Positions 49,541 to 61,693 of a stretch of 64,000 nt of DNA are shown here, piece after piece. Below the pieces are notes generated by a model that was given only the letters and a program-made list of their open reading frames with translations, was not told the DNA's origin and made no database searches. The position numbers were made by a program, and so were the translations under genes. This DNA comes from Balanoglossus misakiensis. Its lineage: Eukaryota; Animalia; Hemichordata. The number at the start of each line of letters is the position of its first letter. Position 1 is the first letter of the stretch. The stretch covers positions 6,882,001 through 6,946,000 of the forward strand of contig CM082590.2 in NCBI GenBank assembly GCA_040954595.2, read 5' to 3'.

Positions 49541-51766
49541 ATGGCAGCCAAAGAGTCCAAGTTCTTGGCGGAAATCGACACTAATTTTCTCTCCTGTACT
49601 ATCTGCTCGGAGCGATACAAGAATGCTAAACAGCTACCGTGTCTGCACAGCTTCTGCGAGCCGTGTCTGGGGAAGCTGGCAGAGAAAAGTAGCGTCATAG
49701 CCTGTCCAATATGTCGGCGTTCATACCAACTTCCTGATAGTGGCGTGGCAGGTATCGGTGGCAACGCATTCGTCAACGAATTGGTGGAAGTGTTTAGAAA
49801 ACGCGAAGAGGGAACCAACAGGTCCAGAAAATGTGAGAGCTGTGATCAGAATGAGATTACAAATCATTGCATCGAGTGTGATGTTAATATGTGTAGTGTC
49901 TGCGCTGTTCCACATTCTCGCTTGAAGGTGACAAAATCACACCGTCTGATGACCTTGGAAGAGTTCGAGTCTGCAAAGTCCGCTGACCTCGCTTCAGTTC
50001 AGCCACCGATCTACTGTTCTGCTCACCCTAACAACGAAGTCAAATTCTACTGCGACACGTGTGAGGTAGCGATCTGTCTGGAATGCACGGCTATAGATCA
50101 TCCCAGACCCGAGCATAAATACAGATACTTGAAAGACGCAGCCACTGAATACTGCAAAGATCTGACAGAAGTAATCGACAAAGTGAAAGTGAAAGAAGAT
50201 GAAGCAAGCCACAGCAAAGCCGTAGTCATGGAGACGGCCGAATCTCTCGACAGCTGTTATCAGACAGAGAACAAGAAAATGAAGGAACACATCCAGAAAA
50301 CAATCGATGACGTCACTCGCATGATTCGTGAAAATGGTGACAAACTTCTTGGAGAGCTGAAAGATGAATACGATAGAAGGAAAGTCAACTTAAATGCACA
50401 ACTGAAAGAACTGGAGTTTGAAGAGAGTGACATGTCAAATGCAAGAGAGTATGCTGAGAAACTGATGCATTTTGGGAATGCAGCGCAGTTGATGTCAGCC
50501 AGGAAAGGGATTGCCACTCAAATGAAAGAATTGCTGAGAATGGAGACGAAAATTGACCCGACTGAGACTGACTACATGGAGTTCAAACCATGTGATGATT
50601 TCTGTAAAACAAAAACTGTGGGTGTAATATCCACATGCCCAGTCACAGCTGATAACTGCAGTCTGGTTGATGTTCCCGAATTTGCGAGAGTTGATGAAGA
50701 TATCACCGTCACCCTAGCAACAGAGGTCAAGCAGAGAAAAGAAACACACAAAGAAGTAGAAGTAGAGGCAGTCTTGAAGAAACCAGACGACAGCCAAGAA
50801 GATATGGAAACAACAAATAATGGTGATGGAACATGGAGTTTGAAAACACGTGCCAAGATGACAGGAAATCATGAAGTCTCAGTGTCGGTATCCAAGAAAC
50901 CAGTCAAAGGGTCACCAGTTACAATCAATGTTATTCCACAGAAAGGTTTGATTTGTAAATTTGGTCAGAAAGGGTCAGGAGTGGGGCGGTTCAATGATCC
51001 ATGGGGAGTCATGGCAACCAGGGATGGCAATGTTAGGGTGTGTGATTGTAATAATAATAGATTACAGACATTCACCCAACATGGCCAACATAGATGTACA
51101 ACCACGTTCAGTAATATTTCAACCAAAGTTAGTCCACGGTTTTCAGCTGCATCAGAGGATGGAAGTATCTTTACTACCGATGGCAGTGGTAGGCAAGTAA
51201 TCGTGCATGATGAGAATGGTAGAGTGATGCGTTGTTTTGGCAAAGGTGTGATTCAATCCCCGTGCGGAATTGCGATACATCCTGTCAATGGGAGGGTCTA
51301 TGTTGTCGATAATGGGGGTCACTGTGTACACATCTTCAACAAAAATGGTGATCATTACAAGTCTTTTGGCACTCAAGGTCAAAGTCAAGGTCAGATGTCC
51401 TGCCCTATAGGCATCAGTATTGATGCTGCAGGGAAAGTGTTTGTATCAGATAATTGCAATCACCGTATTCAAGTGTTTGATGCTGAGGGTGGATATCTGT
51501 ACAGCTTTGGAAGTCAAGGGTCAGGTGATAATCAGATGAGTCGCCCCTATGGGATATCACATGACAGTGATGGCAACGTGTATGTGTGTGATTACAGTAA
51601 TCACAGAGTGATGAAGTATGAGTCAGATGGTCAATTCATTGGTCGCATTGACAGTGATGATGATAGGGTAGAATCTCCACTAGGAATCTGTGTGACCGAT
51701 GACAAGCCATTTGGCAATGTTATCGTGTCTAGTTGGAACGGATATGTGAAGGTGTTTGCTCAGTGA
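49541..51766 (+). CDS. TRIM-NHL E3 ligase, copy 4, 741 aa
   Basis: Intact ORF with the same domains. Confidence 0.96.
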   Translation: MAAKESKFLAEIDTNFLSCTICSERYKNAKQLPCLHSFCEPCLGKLAEKSSVIACPICRRSYQLPDSGVAGIGGNAFVNELVEVFRKREEGTNRSRKCESCDQNEITNHCIECDVNMCSVCAVPHSRLKVTKSHRLMTLEEFESAKSADLASVQPPIYCSAHPNNEVKFYCDTCEVAICLECTAIDHPRPEHKYRYLKDAATEYCKDLTEVIDKVKVKEDEASHSKAVVMETAESLDSCYQTENKKMKEHIQKTIDDVTRMIRENGDKLLGELKDEYDRRKVNLNAQLKELEFEESDMSNAREYAEKLMHFGNAAQLMSARKGIATQMKELLRMETKIDPTETDYMEFKPCDDFCKTKTVGVISTCPVTADNCSLVDVPEFARVDEDITVTLATEVKQRKETHKEVEVEAVLKKPDDSQEDMETTNNGDGTWSLKTRAKMTGNHEVSVSVSKKPVKGSPVTINVIPQKGLICKFGQKGSGVGRFNDPWGVMATRDGNVRVCDCNNNRLQTFTQHGQHRCTTTFSNISTKVSPRFSAASEDGSIFTTDGSGRQVIVHDENGRVMRCFGKGVIQSPCGIAIHPVNGRVYVVDNGGHCVHIFNKNGDHYKSFGTQGQSQGQMSCPIGISIDAAGKVFVSDNCNHRIQVFDAEGGYLYSFGSQGSGDNQMSRPYGISHDSDGNVYVCDYSNHRVMKYESDGQFIGRIDSDDDRVESPLGICVTDDKPFGNVIVSSWNGYVKVFAQ

Positions 51767-52299
51767 AGTGAGAGTGAAGTGTGGAAGGAAATCAAAATAG
51801 TGAGACATGCCAACAGAGAACGCCCTCCTGTGTTTGTTGTGAAGACATAAAACCATAGCAACACAAGAAAAACAAGTATCTACGCTAAAATACACCAATA
51901 TTGCCGACAAAATTGAATCAGTCCATTATACTTAGAAACCCATGGACCTCACAAATTCTAAACTTTGTTTTTTTATAGTTAAAGTGTCATGATTTTTTTT
52001 CAAGTTTAAACAGAACTAGATCACCATGGAAAAGAAATCTTATTGTAACAAATGATAATATTAATTGCTGAATATTGACTTTGAATAATAATTTTTGAAC
52101 AAAAAAGTCAATGTCTGTCTTCTGATAATGAAAGCGTACTTAGCCGCTAATTAATTTGAGAGGAATCAATGTTGGCAGCTGATTTTTTGAGGAAGAATGT
52201 TTCATTTCTGTGTGGGTTGACTATATCTCTTGATTATTCTAAGAATTTGTATATTTTATGATGTTTGCTATATAAACAAGAACGTCTATTTGTTCAAAA

Positions 52300-53245
52300 T
52301 TTGTACTTGTAACATTTTATAAATTTGAAACTGTATTATCCTACAATTGATATTATAATCAGTACATACATTTACTACCTATTCGAATAACAGTACTAAA
52401 CATGTAATGTGTTTGATTTGATTATGTTTGTACAATATTTGTGCTTGCAACATTTTATCAGTTTGAAACTCTCTCATCCTACAAGTATTTTATAATCAGT
52501 ACATATATTTGCTTCCTATTCCAATGACAGTACTAAACATTTAATTTGTTTGATTTGATTATGTTTGTACAATATTTGTGCTTACAACATTTTATGAGTT
52601 TGAAACTCTCTCATCCTACAAGTGATTTTATAATCAGTACATATATTTGCTTCCTATTCCAATGACAGTACTAAACATTTAATTTGTTTGATTTGATTAT
52701 GTTTGTACAATATTTGTGCTTACAACATTTTATGAGTTTGAAACTCTCTCATCCTACAAGTGATTTTATAATCAGTACATATATTTGCTTCCTATTCCAA
52801 TGACTACTAAACATTTAATTTGTTTGATTTGATTATGTTTGTACAATATTTATGCTTACAACATTTTATGAGTTTGAAACTCTCTCATCCTACAAGTGAT
52901 TTTATAATCAGTACATATATTTGCTACCTATGCGAATAACAGTGCTAAACATGTAATATGTTTGATTTGATTATGTTTGTACAATATTTGTGTTTGCATT
53001 ATTTTATGAGTTTGAAACTGTATTATCCTACAAGTGATTTTATAATCAGTACATATATTTGCTACCTATTCGAATAACAGTACTAAACATGTAATTTGTT
53101 TGATTTGGTTATATTTGTACAATATTTGTGTTTGCAACATTTTATCAGTTTGAAACTCTCTCATCCTACAAGAGATTTTATAATCAGTTCATCTCTGCTA
53201 CATTTTTGAATAACAATACGAACCCTGGAGTGTGTTTGATTGGAT
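52300..53245. repeat. 138-bp VNTR downstream of copy 4 (~6+1 units)
   Basis: Repeated tttgaaact...cctacaagtgattttataatcagtacatatatttgc from about 52324 to 53149. Confidence 0.9.
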
Positions 53246-53568
53246 TTTTTTTTAATTTGATTATTAAAGATATATGATTTGCAAATCCAGAATATTTGTC
53301 AATGAGTCACTACTCACTGTGAAGAGAGGATTGTGTGGGGTTGAAGAACAATCTTGGAGCGATAAAACGGGCTGACTGAATTCTTATATGAATGCTGTTC
53401 CCATTTTCAAACTAGTTTAAAATGTTAAATGAAAATTAGAACAGTATTGGGCGTACACAAGATGCCCGGGTCTGTACTCAAAAACGACGGTTATGAGACG
53501 CACTGTCAATTTTCGTGTCATTGGCAGGATTGAGCTTGTGTGTGTGCATTTGTGTGTGCGTGCATTTG

Positions 53569-53600
<32 letters not shown>

Positions 53601-54819
53601 CATGCCAAACTTGAACCCCATAATTAGGTGTAAGCCTACAGTGTTTGAGTGAAGGCCCTGTCATTATGTGCACGCTCTTTTTGCTTTCAATTTACATTTA
53701 ATGCTGCATTCATTCAAAACAATTAAACTTAATAACTGCGTTGCTATTCACTCCATGCAGGCCTATGTATTTGTAAACAAAAAGTGAAACTAAGAATATT
53801 GGATCGTGAGCTCCCTGTGGTTTGAGAAATCTGGCAAGCCTTACACAGAGAGAAGAGACAAATGTATCGAAGAACAGTTTTCTAAAGATTGACCGATATT
53901 TGCATCCAACGTCCAACCTGTTTTAGTGACGTAGGCATTCAGCATAGGGCTGAAGTGGCGAGCGACCTCTGGGTCGAGCGTCATAGACACGAGACATTGC
54001 CATGGAAACAGTGAGCAAAACGGCACAAGCAGTTGACGATAGTCTATGTCCACCAAGTATCACAGAAAATAATTCTTTGGAGAATTAATTCATGTGTGTG
54101 GTCTGTTCCTGAATGGGTTTTTGAATACTCAACGTGAGAGTTCAAACGAGGTCATGGCTCTTTGCGCGTTCAATTCTGTTCACACCACAGGCGCTCGTAA
54201 TATTATTGTGATAGTAATCTTTATGTCTTTATGACTTTTCAATTCAATAAAAAACATGGCCATTAAGCCACTCAGTCGTTTATACTTGTACAGTACTATC
54301 ATGTACTATGATTCTGTATTTAATAGGCAAGTCATAAAGACATTCTACATATATGACAATCACAACATTATTACCAGCGCCTGTGGTTCACACTAGACTA
54401 TGGGCTGGGGACTATGTGTCAGATATATAATGGTTCTTTAATCAAAACCACCAAAAATAACTTTCTGGAACACATATGTTTCATTTTCTGGACGCATACT
54501 GTGTCAGATATACAATAGTTCCATAAGAACAATGTAATGCTATCTAATCAATCTCCCAGACCCCCACCCACCACAGTTATCAAGTGGTCCAGCTCTTAGT
54601 TCAAACGAGGTCATCGTTATCGCTCATTCACTTCTGTTCACACTAGACTATGCACAGGGGACAGGGCTTATCATATACGCGTGTCAAACCTTTGACAGTT
54701 CAGTAAACATTGCACTACGGGGGAACAGGTATATACACCAGACTTTGTGGAATCGCGTCACATGATTTCTGTACTGGTAGACACAGGTACAGAAAGGCGT
54801 TCACCTCACATCAACAGCT

Positions 54820-57036
54820 ATGGCAGCCAAAGAGTCCAAGTTCTTGGCGGAAATCGACACTAATTTTCTCTCCTGTACTATCTGCTCGGAGCGATACAAG
54901 AATGCTAAACAGCTACCGTGTCTGCACAGCTTCTGCGAGCCGTGTCTGGGGAAGCTGGCAGAGAAAAGTAGCGTCATAGCCTGTCCAATATGTCGGCGTT
55001 CATACCAACTTCCTGATAGTGGCGTGGCAGGTATCGGTGGCAATGCATTTGTCAACAAATTGGTGGAAGTGTTTAGAAAACGCGAAGAGGGAACCAACAG
55101 GTCCAGAAAATGTGAGAGCTGTGATCAGAATGAGATTACAAATCATTGCATCGAGTGTGACTATAATATGTGCAGTAACTGCGCTGTTGCACATACTCGC
55201 TTGAAGGTGACAAAATCACACCGTCTGATGACCTTGGAAGAGTTCGAGTCTGCAAAGTCCGTTGACCTCGCTTCAGTTCAGCCACCGATCTACTGTTCTG
55301 CTCACCCTAACAACGAAGTCAAATTCTACTGCGACACGTGTGAGGTAGCGATCTGTCTGGAATGCACGGCTATAGATCATCCCAGACCCGAGCATAAATA
55401 CAGATACTTGAAAGACGCAGCCACTGAATACTGCAAAGATCTGACAGAAGTAATCGACAAAGTGAAAGTGAAAGAAGACGAAGCCAGCCACAGCAAAGCC
55501 GTTGTCACGGAGACGGCCGAATCTCTCGACAGCTGTTATCAGACAGAGAACAAGAAAATGAAAGAACACATCCAGAAAACAATCGATGACGTCACTCGCA
55601 TGATTCGCGAAAATGGCGACAAACTTCTTGGAGAGCTGAAAGATGAATACGATAGAAGGAAAGTCAACTTAAATGCACAACTGAAAGAACTAGAGTTTGC
55701 AGAGAGTGACATGTCAAATGCAAGAGAGTATGCTGAGAAACTGATGCATTTTGGGAATGCAGCGCAGTTGATGTCAGCCAGGAAAGGGATTGCCACTCAA
55801 ATGGAAGAATTGCTGAGAATGGAGACGAAAATTGACCCGACTGAGACTGACTACATGGAGTTCAAACCATGTGATGATTTCTGTGGAACAAAAACTGTGG
55901 GTGTAATATCCACATGCCCGGTCACAGCTGATAACTGCAGTCTGGTTGATGTTCCCGAATTCGCAAGAGTTGATGAAGATATCACCATCACCCTAGCAAC
56001 AGAGGTCAAGCAGAGAAAAGAAATGCACGAAGAGGTAGAAGTAGAGGCAGTCTTGAAGAAACCAGACAACAGCCAAGAAGACATGGAAACAACAAATAAT
56101 TGTGATGGAACATGGAGTTTGAAAACCCGTGCCAAGATGACAGGAAATCACGAAGTCTCAGTGTCGGTATCCAAGAAACCAGTCAAAGGGTCACCAGTTA
56201 CAATCAATGTTATTCCACAGAAAGGTTTGATTTGTAAATTTGGTCAGAAAGGTTCGGGAGTGGGGCAGTTGAGTAATCCAGGGGGAGTCATGGTAACCAG
56301 GGATGGCAATGTTAGGGTGTGTGATAATAGATTACAGACATTCACCCAACATGGCCAACATAGATGTACAACCACGTTCAGTAATATTTCAACCACAGTT
56401 CAACCATTGTTTTCAGCTGCATCAGAGGATGGAAGTATCTTTACTACTGATTACAGTGGTGGGCAAGTAATTGTGCATGATGAGAATGGTAGAGTGATGC
56501 GTTGTTTCGGCAAAGGTGTGATTCAATCCCCGCGCGGAATTGCGATACATCCTGTCAATGGGAGGGTCTATGTTGTCGATAATGGGGGTCACTGTGTACA
56601 CATCTACAATAGAAATGGTGATCATTACAAGTCTTTTGGCACTCAAGGTCAAAGTCAAGGTCGGATGTCCTACCCTGTAGGCATCAGTATTGATGCTGCA
56701 GGGAAAGTGTTTGTATCAGATCAATGCAATCACCGTATTCAAGTGTTTGATGCTGAGGGTGGATATCTGTCCAGCTTTGGAAGAGAAGGGTCAGGTGATA
56801 ATCAGATGAGTTACCCCCAGGGGATATCACATGACAGTGATGGCAACGTGTATGTGTGTGATCGCAATAATCACAGAGTGATGAAGTATGAGTCAGATGG
56901 TCAATTCATCAGTCGCATTGACAGTGGTGATGATAGGGTAGAATCTCCACAAGGTATCTGTGTGACCGATGACAAGCCATTTGGCAATGTTATCGTGTCT
57001 AGTTGGAACGGATATGTGAAGGTGTTTGCTCAGTGA
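54820..57036 (+). CDS. TRIM-NHL E3 ligase, copy 5, 738 aa
   Basis: Intact ORF with an in-frame 9-bp deletion in the first NHL blade loop (VCDNRL vs VCDSDNNRL). Confidence 0.95.
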   Translation: MAAKESKFLAEIDTNFLSCTICSERYKNAKQLPCLHSFCEPCLGKLAEKSSVIACPICRRSYQLPDSGVAGIGGNAFVNKLVEVFRKREEGTNRSRKCESCDQNEITNHCIECDYNMCSNCAVAHTRLKVTKSHRLMTLEEFESAKSVDLASVQPPIYCSAHPNNEVKFYCDTCEVAICLECTAIDHPRPEHKYRYLKDAATEYCKDLTEVIDKVKVKEDEASHSKAVVTETAESLDSCYQTENKKMKEHIQKTIDDVTRMIRENGDKLLGELKDEYDRRKVNLNAQLKELEFAESDMSNAREYAEKLMHFGNAAQLMSARKGIATQMEELLRMETKIDPTETDYMEFKPCDDFCGTKTVGVISTCPVTADNCSLVDVPEFARVDEDITITLATEVKQRKEMHEEVEVEAVLKKPDNSQEDMETTNNCDGTWSLKTRAKMTGNHEVSVSVSKKPVKGSPVTINVIPQKGLICKFGQKGSGVGQLSNPGGVMVTRDGNVRVCDNRLQTFTQHGQHRCTTTFSNISTTVQPLFSAASEDGSIFTTDYSGGQVIVHDENGRVMRCFGKGVIQSPRGIAIHPVNGRVYVVDNGGHCVHIYNRNGDHYKSFGTQGQSQGRMSYPVGISIDAAGKVFVSDQCNHRIQVFDAEGGYLSSFGREGSGDNQMSYPQGISHDSDGNVYVCDRNNHRVMKYESDGQFISRIDSGDDRVESPQGICVTDDKPFGNVIVSSWNGYVKVFAQ

Positions 57037-59458
57037 AGTGAGAGTGAAGTGTGGAAGGAAATCAAAATGGCGAGACATGCCAACAGAGAACGCCCTCCTG
57101 TGTTTGTTGTGAAGACATAAAACCATAGCAACACAAGAAAAACAAGTATACACGCTAAAATGGACTAATATAGCCGATAACATTGAATCAGTACATTATA
57201 CTTAGTAACCATGGAGACCACAAACTCTAACCTTTATTATTTTTATAGTAAAAGTGTCATGACTTTTTTTCAAGTTCATACAGAACTAGATCTCCATGGA
57301 AAAGAATTCATATTGTAACACATGATAATATTAATTCCTGAATATTGAGTTTGAATAATAATTTTTGTACAAAAAAATGCCAATGACAGTCTTCTGATAA
57401 TGAAAGTGTACTTAGCCGCTAATGAATTTGAGAGGAATCAATGTTGGCAGCTGAATTTTTTTTGAGGAAGAACGTTAATTTCTGTGTGGGTTCAACTTTT
57501 TCTTATATATCTCTTGATTACTCTAAGAATTTGTATAATTTGTATATTTAATTGTGTTTGCTATATAAACAACAATGTATGTTCAAAATTTGTAATTTTA
57601 TAACATTTTATAAATTTGAAACTGTATTATCCTACAAGTGATTTTATAATCAGTACATATATTTGCTACCTATTCGAGTAACAGTACTTAGAAACATGTA
57701 ATATATTTGATTTGGTTATATTTGTACAATATTTGTGCTTGTCACATTTTATGAGTTTGAAACTATCTCATCCTACAAATGATTTATAATCAGTTCATCT
57801 CTGCTACATTTTTGAATAACAATACGAAACTAGCTGGAGTGTGTTTGATTTGATTTTTTCAAAAATTTGATTATTAAAGATATTTGATTTGCAAATCCAG
57901 AATATTTGTCAATGAGTCACTACTCACTGTGAAGAGAGGATTGTGTGGGGTTGAAGAACAATTTTGGAGCGATAAAACGGGCTGACTGAATTCTTATATG
58001 AATGCAGTTCCCATTTTCAAAGAAGTATAAATTGTTAAATGAAAATTAGAACAGTATAGGGCGTGCACAAGATGCCCGAGTCTGTACTCGAAAAAAAACA
58101 TGGTTTATGAGACGCACTGTCAATTTTCGTGTCATTGGCAGGATTGAGCTTGTGTGTGTGTTTGTGTGTGTGTGTGTGCATTTGTGTGTGTATTTGTGTG
58201 CGTGTGTGTGTATATTTGTTTGTGTATATGTGTGCGTCCGTGCATGCCAAACTTGAACCCCATAATTAGGTGTAAGCCTACAGTGTTTGAGTGAAGGCCC
58301 TGTCATTATGTGCACGCTCTTTTTGCTTTCAATTTACATTTAATGTTGCATTCATTCAAAACAATTCAACTTTATACCTGCGTTGCTATTCACTCCATGC
58401 AGGCCTATGTATTTGTAAACAAAAAGTGAAACTAAAAATTTCGGATCATGAGCTCCCTATGGTTTGAGAAATCTGGCAAGCCTTACACAGAGAGAAGAGA
58501 CAAATGTATAGAAACACAGTTTTCTAAAGATTGACCGATATTTGCATCCAACGTCCAACCTGTTTTAGTGACGTAGGCATTCAGCATAGGGCTGAAGTGG
58601 CGAGCGACCTCTGGGTCGAGCGTCATAGACAGTACGAGACATTGCCATGGAAACAGTGAGTAAAACGACACAAGCGACTGACGATAGTCTACGTCCACCA
58701 AGTATCGCAGAAAATAATTCTTTGGAGAATTCATTCATGTTTGTGGTCTGTTCCTGAATGGGTTTTTGAATACTCAACGTGAGAGTTCAAACGAGGTCAG
58801 GGCTCTTTGCGCGTTCAATTCTGTTCACACCACAGGCGCTCGTAATATTCTTGTGATTGTAATCTTTATGTCTTTATGACTTTTCAATTCAATATAAAAC
58901 ATGGCCATAGCCACTTGGTCGTTTATACTTGTACAGTAATATACTATTATTCTGTATTTAATAGGCAAGTCATAAAGATATTCTACATATATGACTATCA
59001 CAACATTATTACCAGCGCCTGTGGTTCACACTAGACTATGGGCTGGGGACTATGTGTCAGATATACAATGGTTCTTTGATCAAAACCACCAAATATAACT
59101 TTCTCTGGAACACATATGTTTCATTTTCCGGACGCATACTGTGTCAGATATACAATAGTTCCATAAGAACAATGTAATGCTATCTAATCAATCTCCCAGA
59201 CCCCCACCCACCACAGTTATCAAGTGGTCCAGCCGTTAGTTCAAACGAGGTCATCGTTATCGCTCATTCACTTCTGTTCACACTAGACTATGCACAGGGG
59301 ACAGGGCTTATCATATACGCGTGTCAAACCTTTGACAGTTCAGTAAACATTGCACTACGGGGAACAGGTATATACACCAGACTTTGTGGAATCGCGTCAC
59401 ATGATTTCTGTACTGGTACACACAGGTACAGAAAGGCGTTCACCTCACATCAACAGCT

Positions 59459-61693
59459 ATGGCAGCCAAAGAGTCCAAGTTCTTGGCGGAAATCGACACT
59501 AATTTTCTCTCCTGTACTATCTGCTCGGAGCGATACAAGAATGCTAAACAGCTACCGTGTCTGCACAGCTTCTGCGAGCCGTGTCTGGGGAAGCTGGCAG
59601 AGAAAAGTAGCGTCATAGCCTGTCCAATATGTCGGCGTTCATACCAACTTCCTGATAGTGGCGTGGCAGGTATCGGTGGCAATGCATTCGTCAACAAATT
59701 GGTGGAAGTGTTTGGAAAACGCGAAGAGGGAACCAACAGGTCCAGAAAATGTGAGAGCTGTGATCAGAATGAGATTACAAATCATTGCATCGAGTGTGAT
59801 GTTAATATGTGTAGTGTCTGCGCTGTTCCACATTCTCGCTTGAAGGTGACAAAATCACACCGTCTGATGACCTTGGAAGAGTTCGAGTCTGCAAAGTCCG
59901 CTGACCTCGCTTCAGTTCAGCCACCGATCTACTGTTCTGCTCACCCTAACTACGAAGTTGAATTCTACTGCGACACGTGCGACAAAGGTATCTGTCTCAA
60001 ATGCACGGCTATAGATCATCCAATCACGGAGCATAAATACAGATACTTGAAAGACGCAGCCACTGTATACTGCAAAGATCTGACAGAAGTAATCGACAAA
60101 GTGAAAGTGAAAGAAGACGAAGCCAGCAACAGCACAGCCGTCGTCACGGAGACGGCTGAATCTCTCGACAGCTGTTATCAGACAGAGAACAAGAAAATGA
60201 AAGAACACATCCAGAAAACAATCGATGACGTCACTCGCATGATTCGTGAAAATGGTGACAAACTTCTTGGAGAGCTGAAAGATGAATACGATAGAAGGAA
60301 AGTCAACTTAAATGCACAACAGAAAGAACTGGAGTTTGCAGAGAGTGACATGTCAAATGCAAGAGAGTATGCTGAGAAACTGATGCATTTTGGGAATGCA
60401 GCGCAGTTGATGTCAGCCAGGAAAGGGATTGCCACTCAAATGGAAGAATTGCTGAGAATGGAGACGAAAATTGACCCGACTGAGACTGACTACATGGAGT
60501 TCAAACCATGTGATGATTTCTGTAGAACAAAAACTGTGGGTGTAATATCCACATGCCTGATCACAGCTGATAACTGCAGTCTTGTTGATGTTCCCGAATT
60601 TGCGAGAGTTGATGAAGATATCACCATCACACTAGCAACAGAGGTCAAGCAGAGAAAAACAGCGCACGAAGAAGTAGAAGTAGAGGCAGTCTTGAAGAAA
60701 CCAGACGACAGCCAAGAAGACATGGAAACAACAAATAATGGTGATGGAACATGGAGTTTGAAAACCCGTGCCATTAAGATGACAGGAAATCATGAAGTCT
60801 CAGTGTCGGTATCCAAGAAACCAGTCAAAGGGTCACCAGTTACAATCAATGTTATTCCACAGAAAGGTTTGATTTGTAAATTTGGTCAGAAAGGGTCAGG
60901 AGTGGGGCGGTTCAATGATCCATGGGGAGTCATGGCAACCAGGGATGGCAATGTTAGGGTGTGTGATAGTGATAATAATAGATTACAGACATTCACACAA
61001 CATGGCCAACATAGATGTACAACCACGTTCAGTAATATTTCAACCAAAGTTCGTCCACGGTTTTCAGCTGCATCAGAGGATGGAAGTACATGTATCTTTA
61101 CTACTGATGGCATTGGTAAGCAAGTAATCGTGCATGATGAGAATGGTAGAGTGATACGTTGTTTCGGCAAAGGTGTGATTCAATCCCCGCTCGGAATTGC
61201 GATACATCCTGTCAATGGGAGGGTCTATGTTGTCGATTGTGGGGGTCACTGTGTACACATCTACAACAAAAATGGTGATCATTACAAGTCTTTTGGCACT
61301 TATGGTCAAAGTCAAGGTCAGATGTACGACCCTATAGGCATCAGTATTGATGCTGCAGGGAAAGTGTTTGTATCAGATGAAAACAATCACCGTATTCAAG
61401 TGTTTGATGCTGAGGGTGGATATCTGTACAGCTTTGGAAGTGAAGGGTCAGGTGATAATCAGATGAGTAACCCCTATGGGATATCACATGACAGTGATGG
61501 CAACGTGTATGTGTGTGATAACTGGAATAACAGAGTGATGAAGTATGAGGCAGATGGTCAATTCATTGGTCGCATTGACAGTGATGATGATAGGGTAGAA
61601 TCTCCAGCAGGTATCTGTGTGACCGATGACAAGCCATTTGGCAATGTTATCGTGTCTAGTGAGAACGAATATGTGAAGGTGTTTGCTCAGTGA
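59459..61693 (+). CDS. TRIM-NHL E3 ligase, copy 6, 744 aa
   Basis: Intact ORF with in-frame insertions of 3 bp (RAIKM) and 6 bp (GSTCIF). Confidence 0.96.
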   Translation: MAAKESKFLAEIDTNFLSCTICSERYKNAKQLPCLHSFCEPCLGKLAEKSSVIACPICRRSYQLPDSGVAGIGGNAFVNKLVEVFGKREEGTNRSRKCESCDQNEITNHCIECDVNMCSVCAVPHSRLKVTKSHRLMTLEEFESAKSADLASVQPPIYCSAHPNYEVEFYCDTCDKGICLKCTAIDHPITEHKYRYLKDAATVYCKDLTEVIDKVKVKEDEASNSTAVVTETAESLDSCYQTENKKMKEHIQKTIDDVTRMIRENGDKLLGELKDEYDRRKVNLNAQQKELEFAESDMSNAREYAEKLMHFGNAAQLMSARKGIATQMEELLRMETKIDPTETDYMEFKPCDDFCRTKTVGVISTCLITADNCSLVDVPEFARVDEDITITLATEVKQRKTAHEEVEVEAVLKKPDDSQEDMETTNNGDGTWSLKTRAIKMTGNHEVSVSVSKKPVKGSPVTINVIPQKGLICKFGQKGSGVGRFNDPWGVMATRDGNVRVCDSDNNRLQTFTQHGQHRCTTTFSNISTKVRPRFSAASEDGSTCIFTTDGIGKQVIVHDENGRVIRCFGKGVIQSPLGIAIHPVNGRVYVVDCGGHCVHIYNKNGDHYKSFGTYGQSQGQMYDPIGISIDAAGKVFVSDENNHRIQVFDAEGGYLYSFGSEGSGDNQMSNPYGISHDSDGNVYVCDNWNNRVMKYEADGQFIGRIDSDDDRVESPAGICVTDDKPFGNVIVSSENEYVKVFAQ

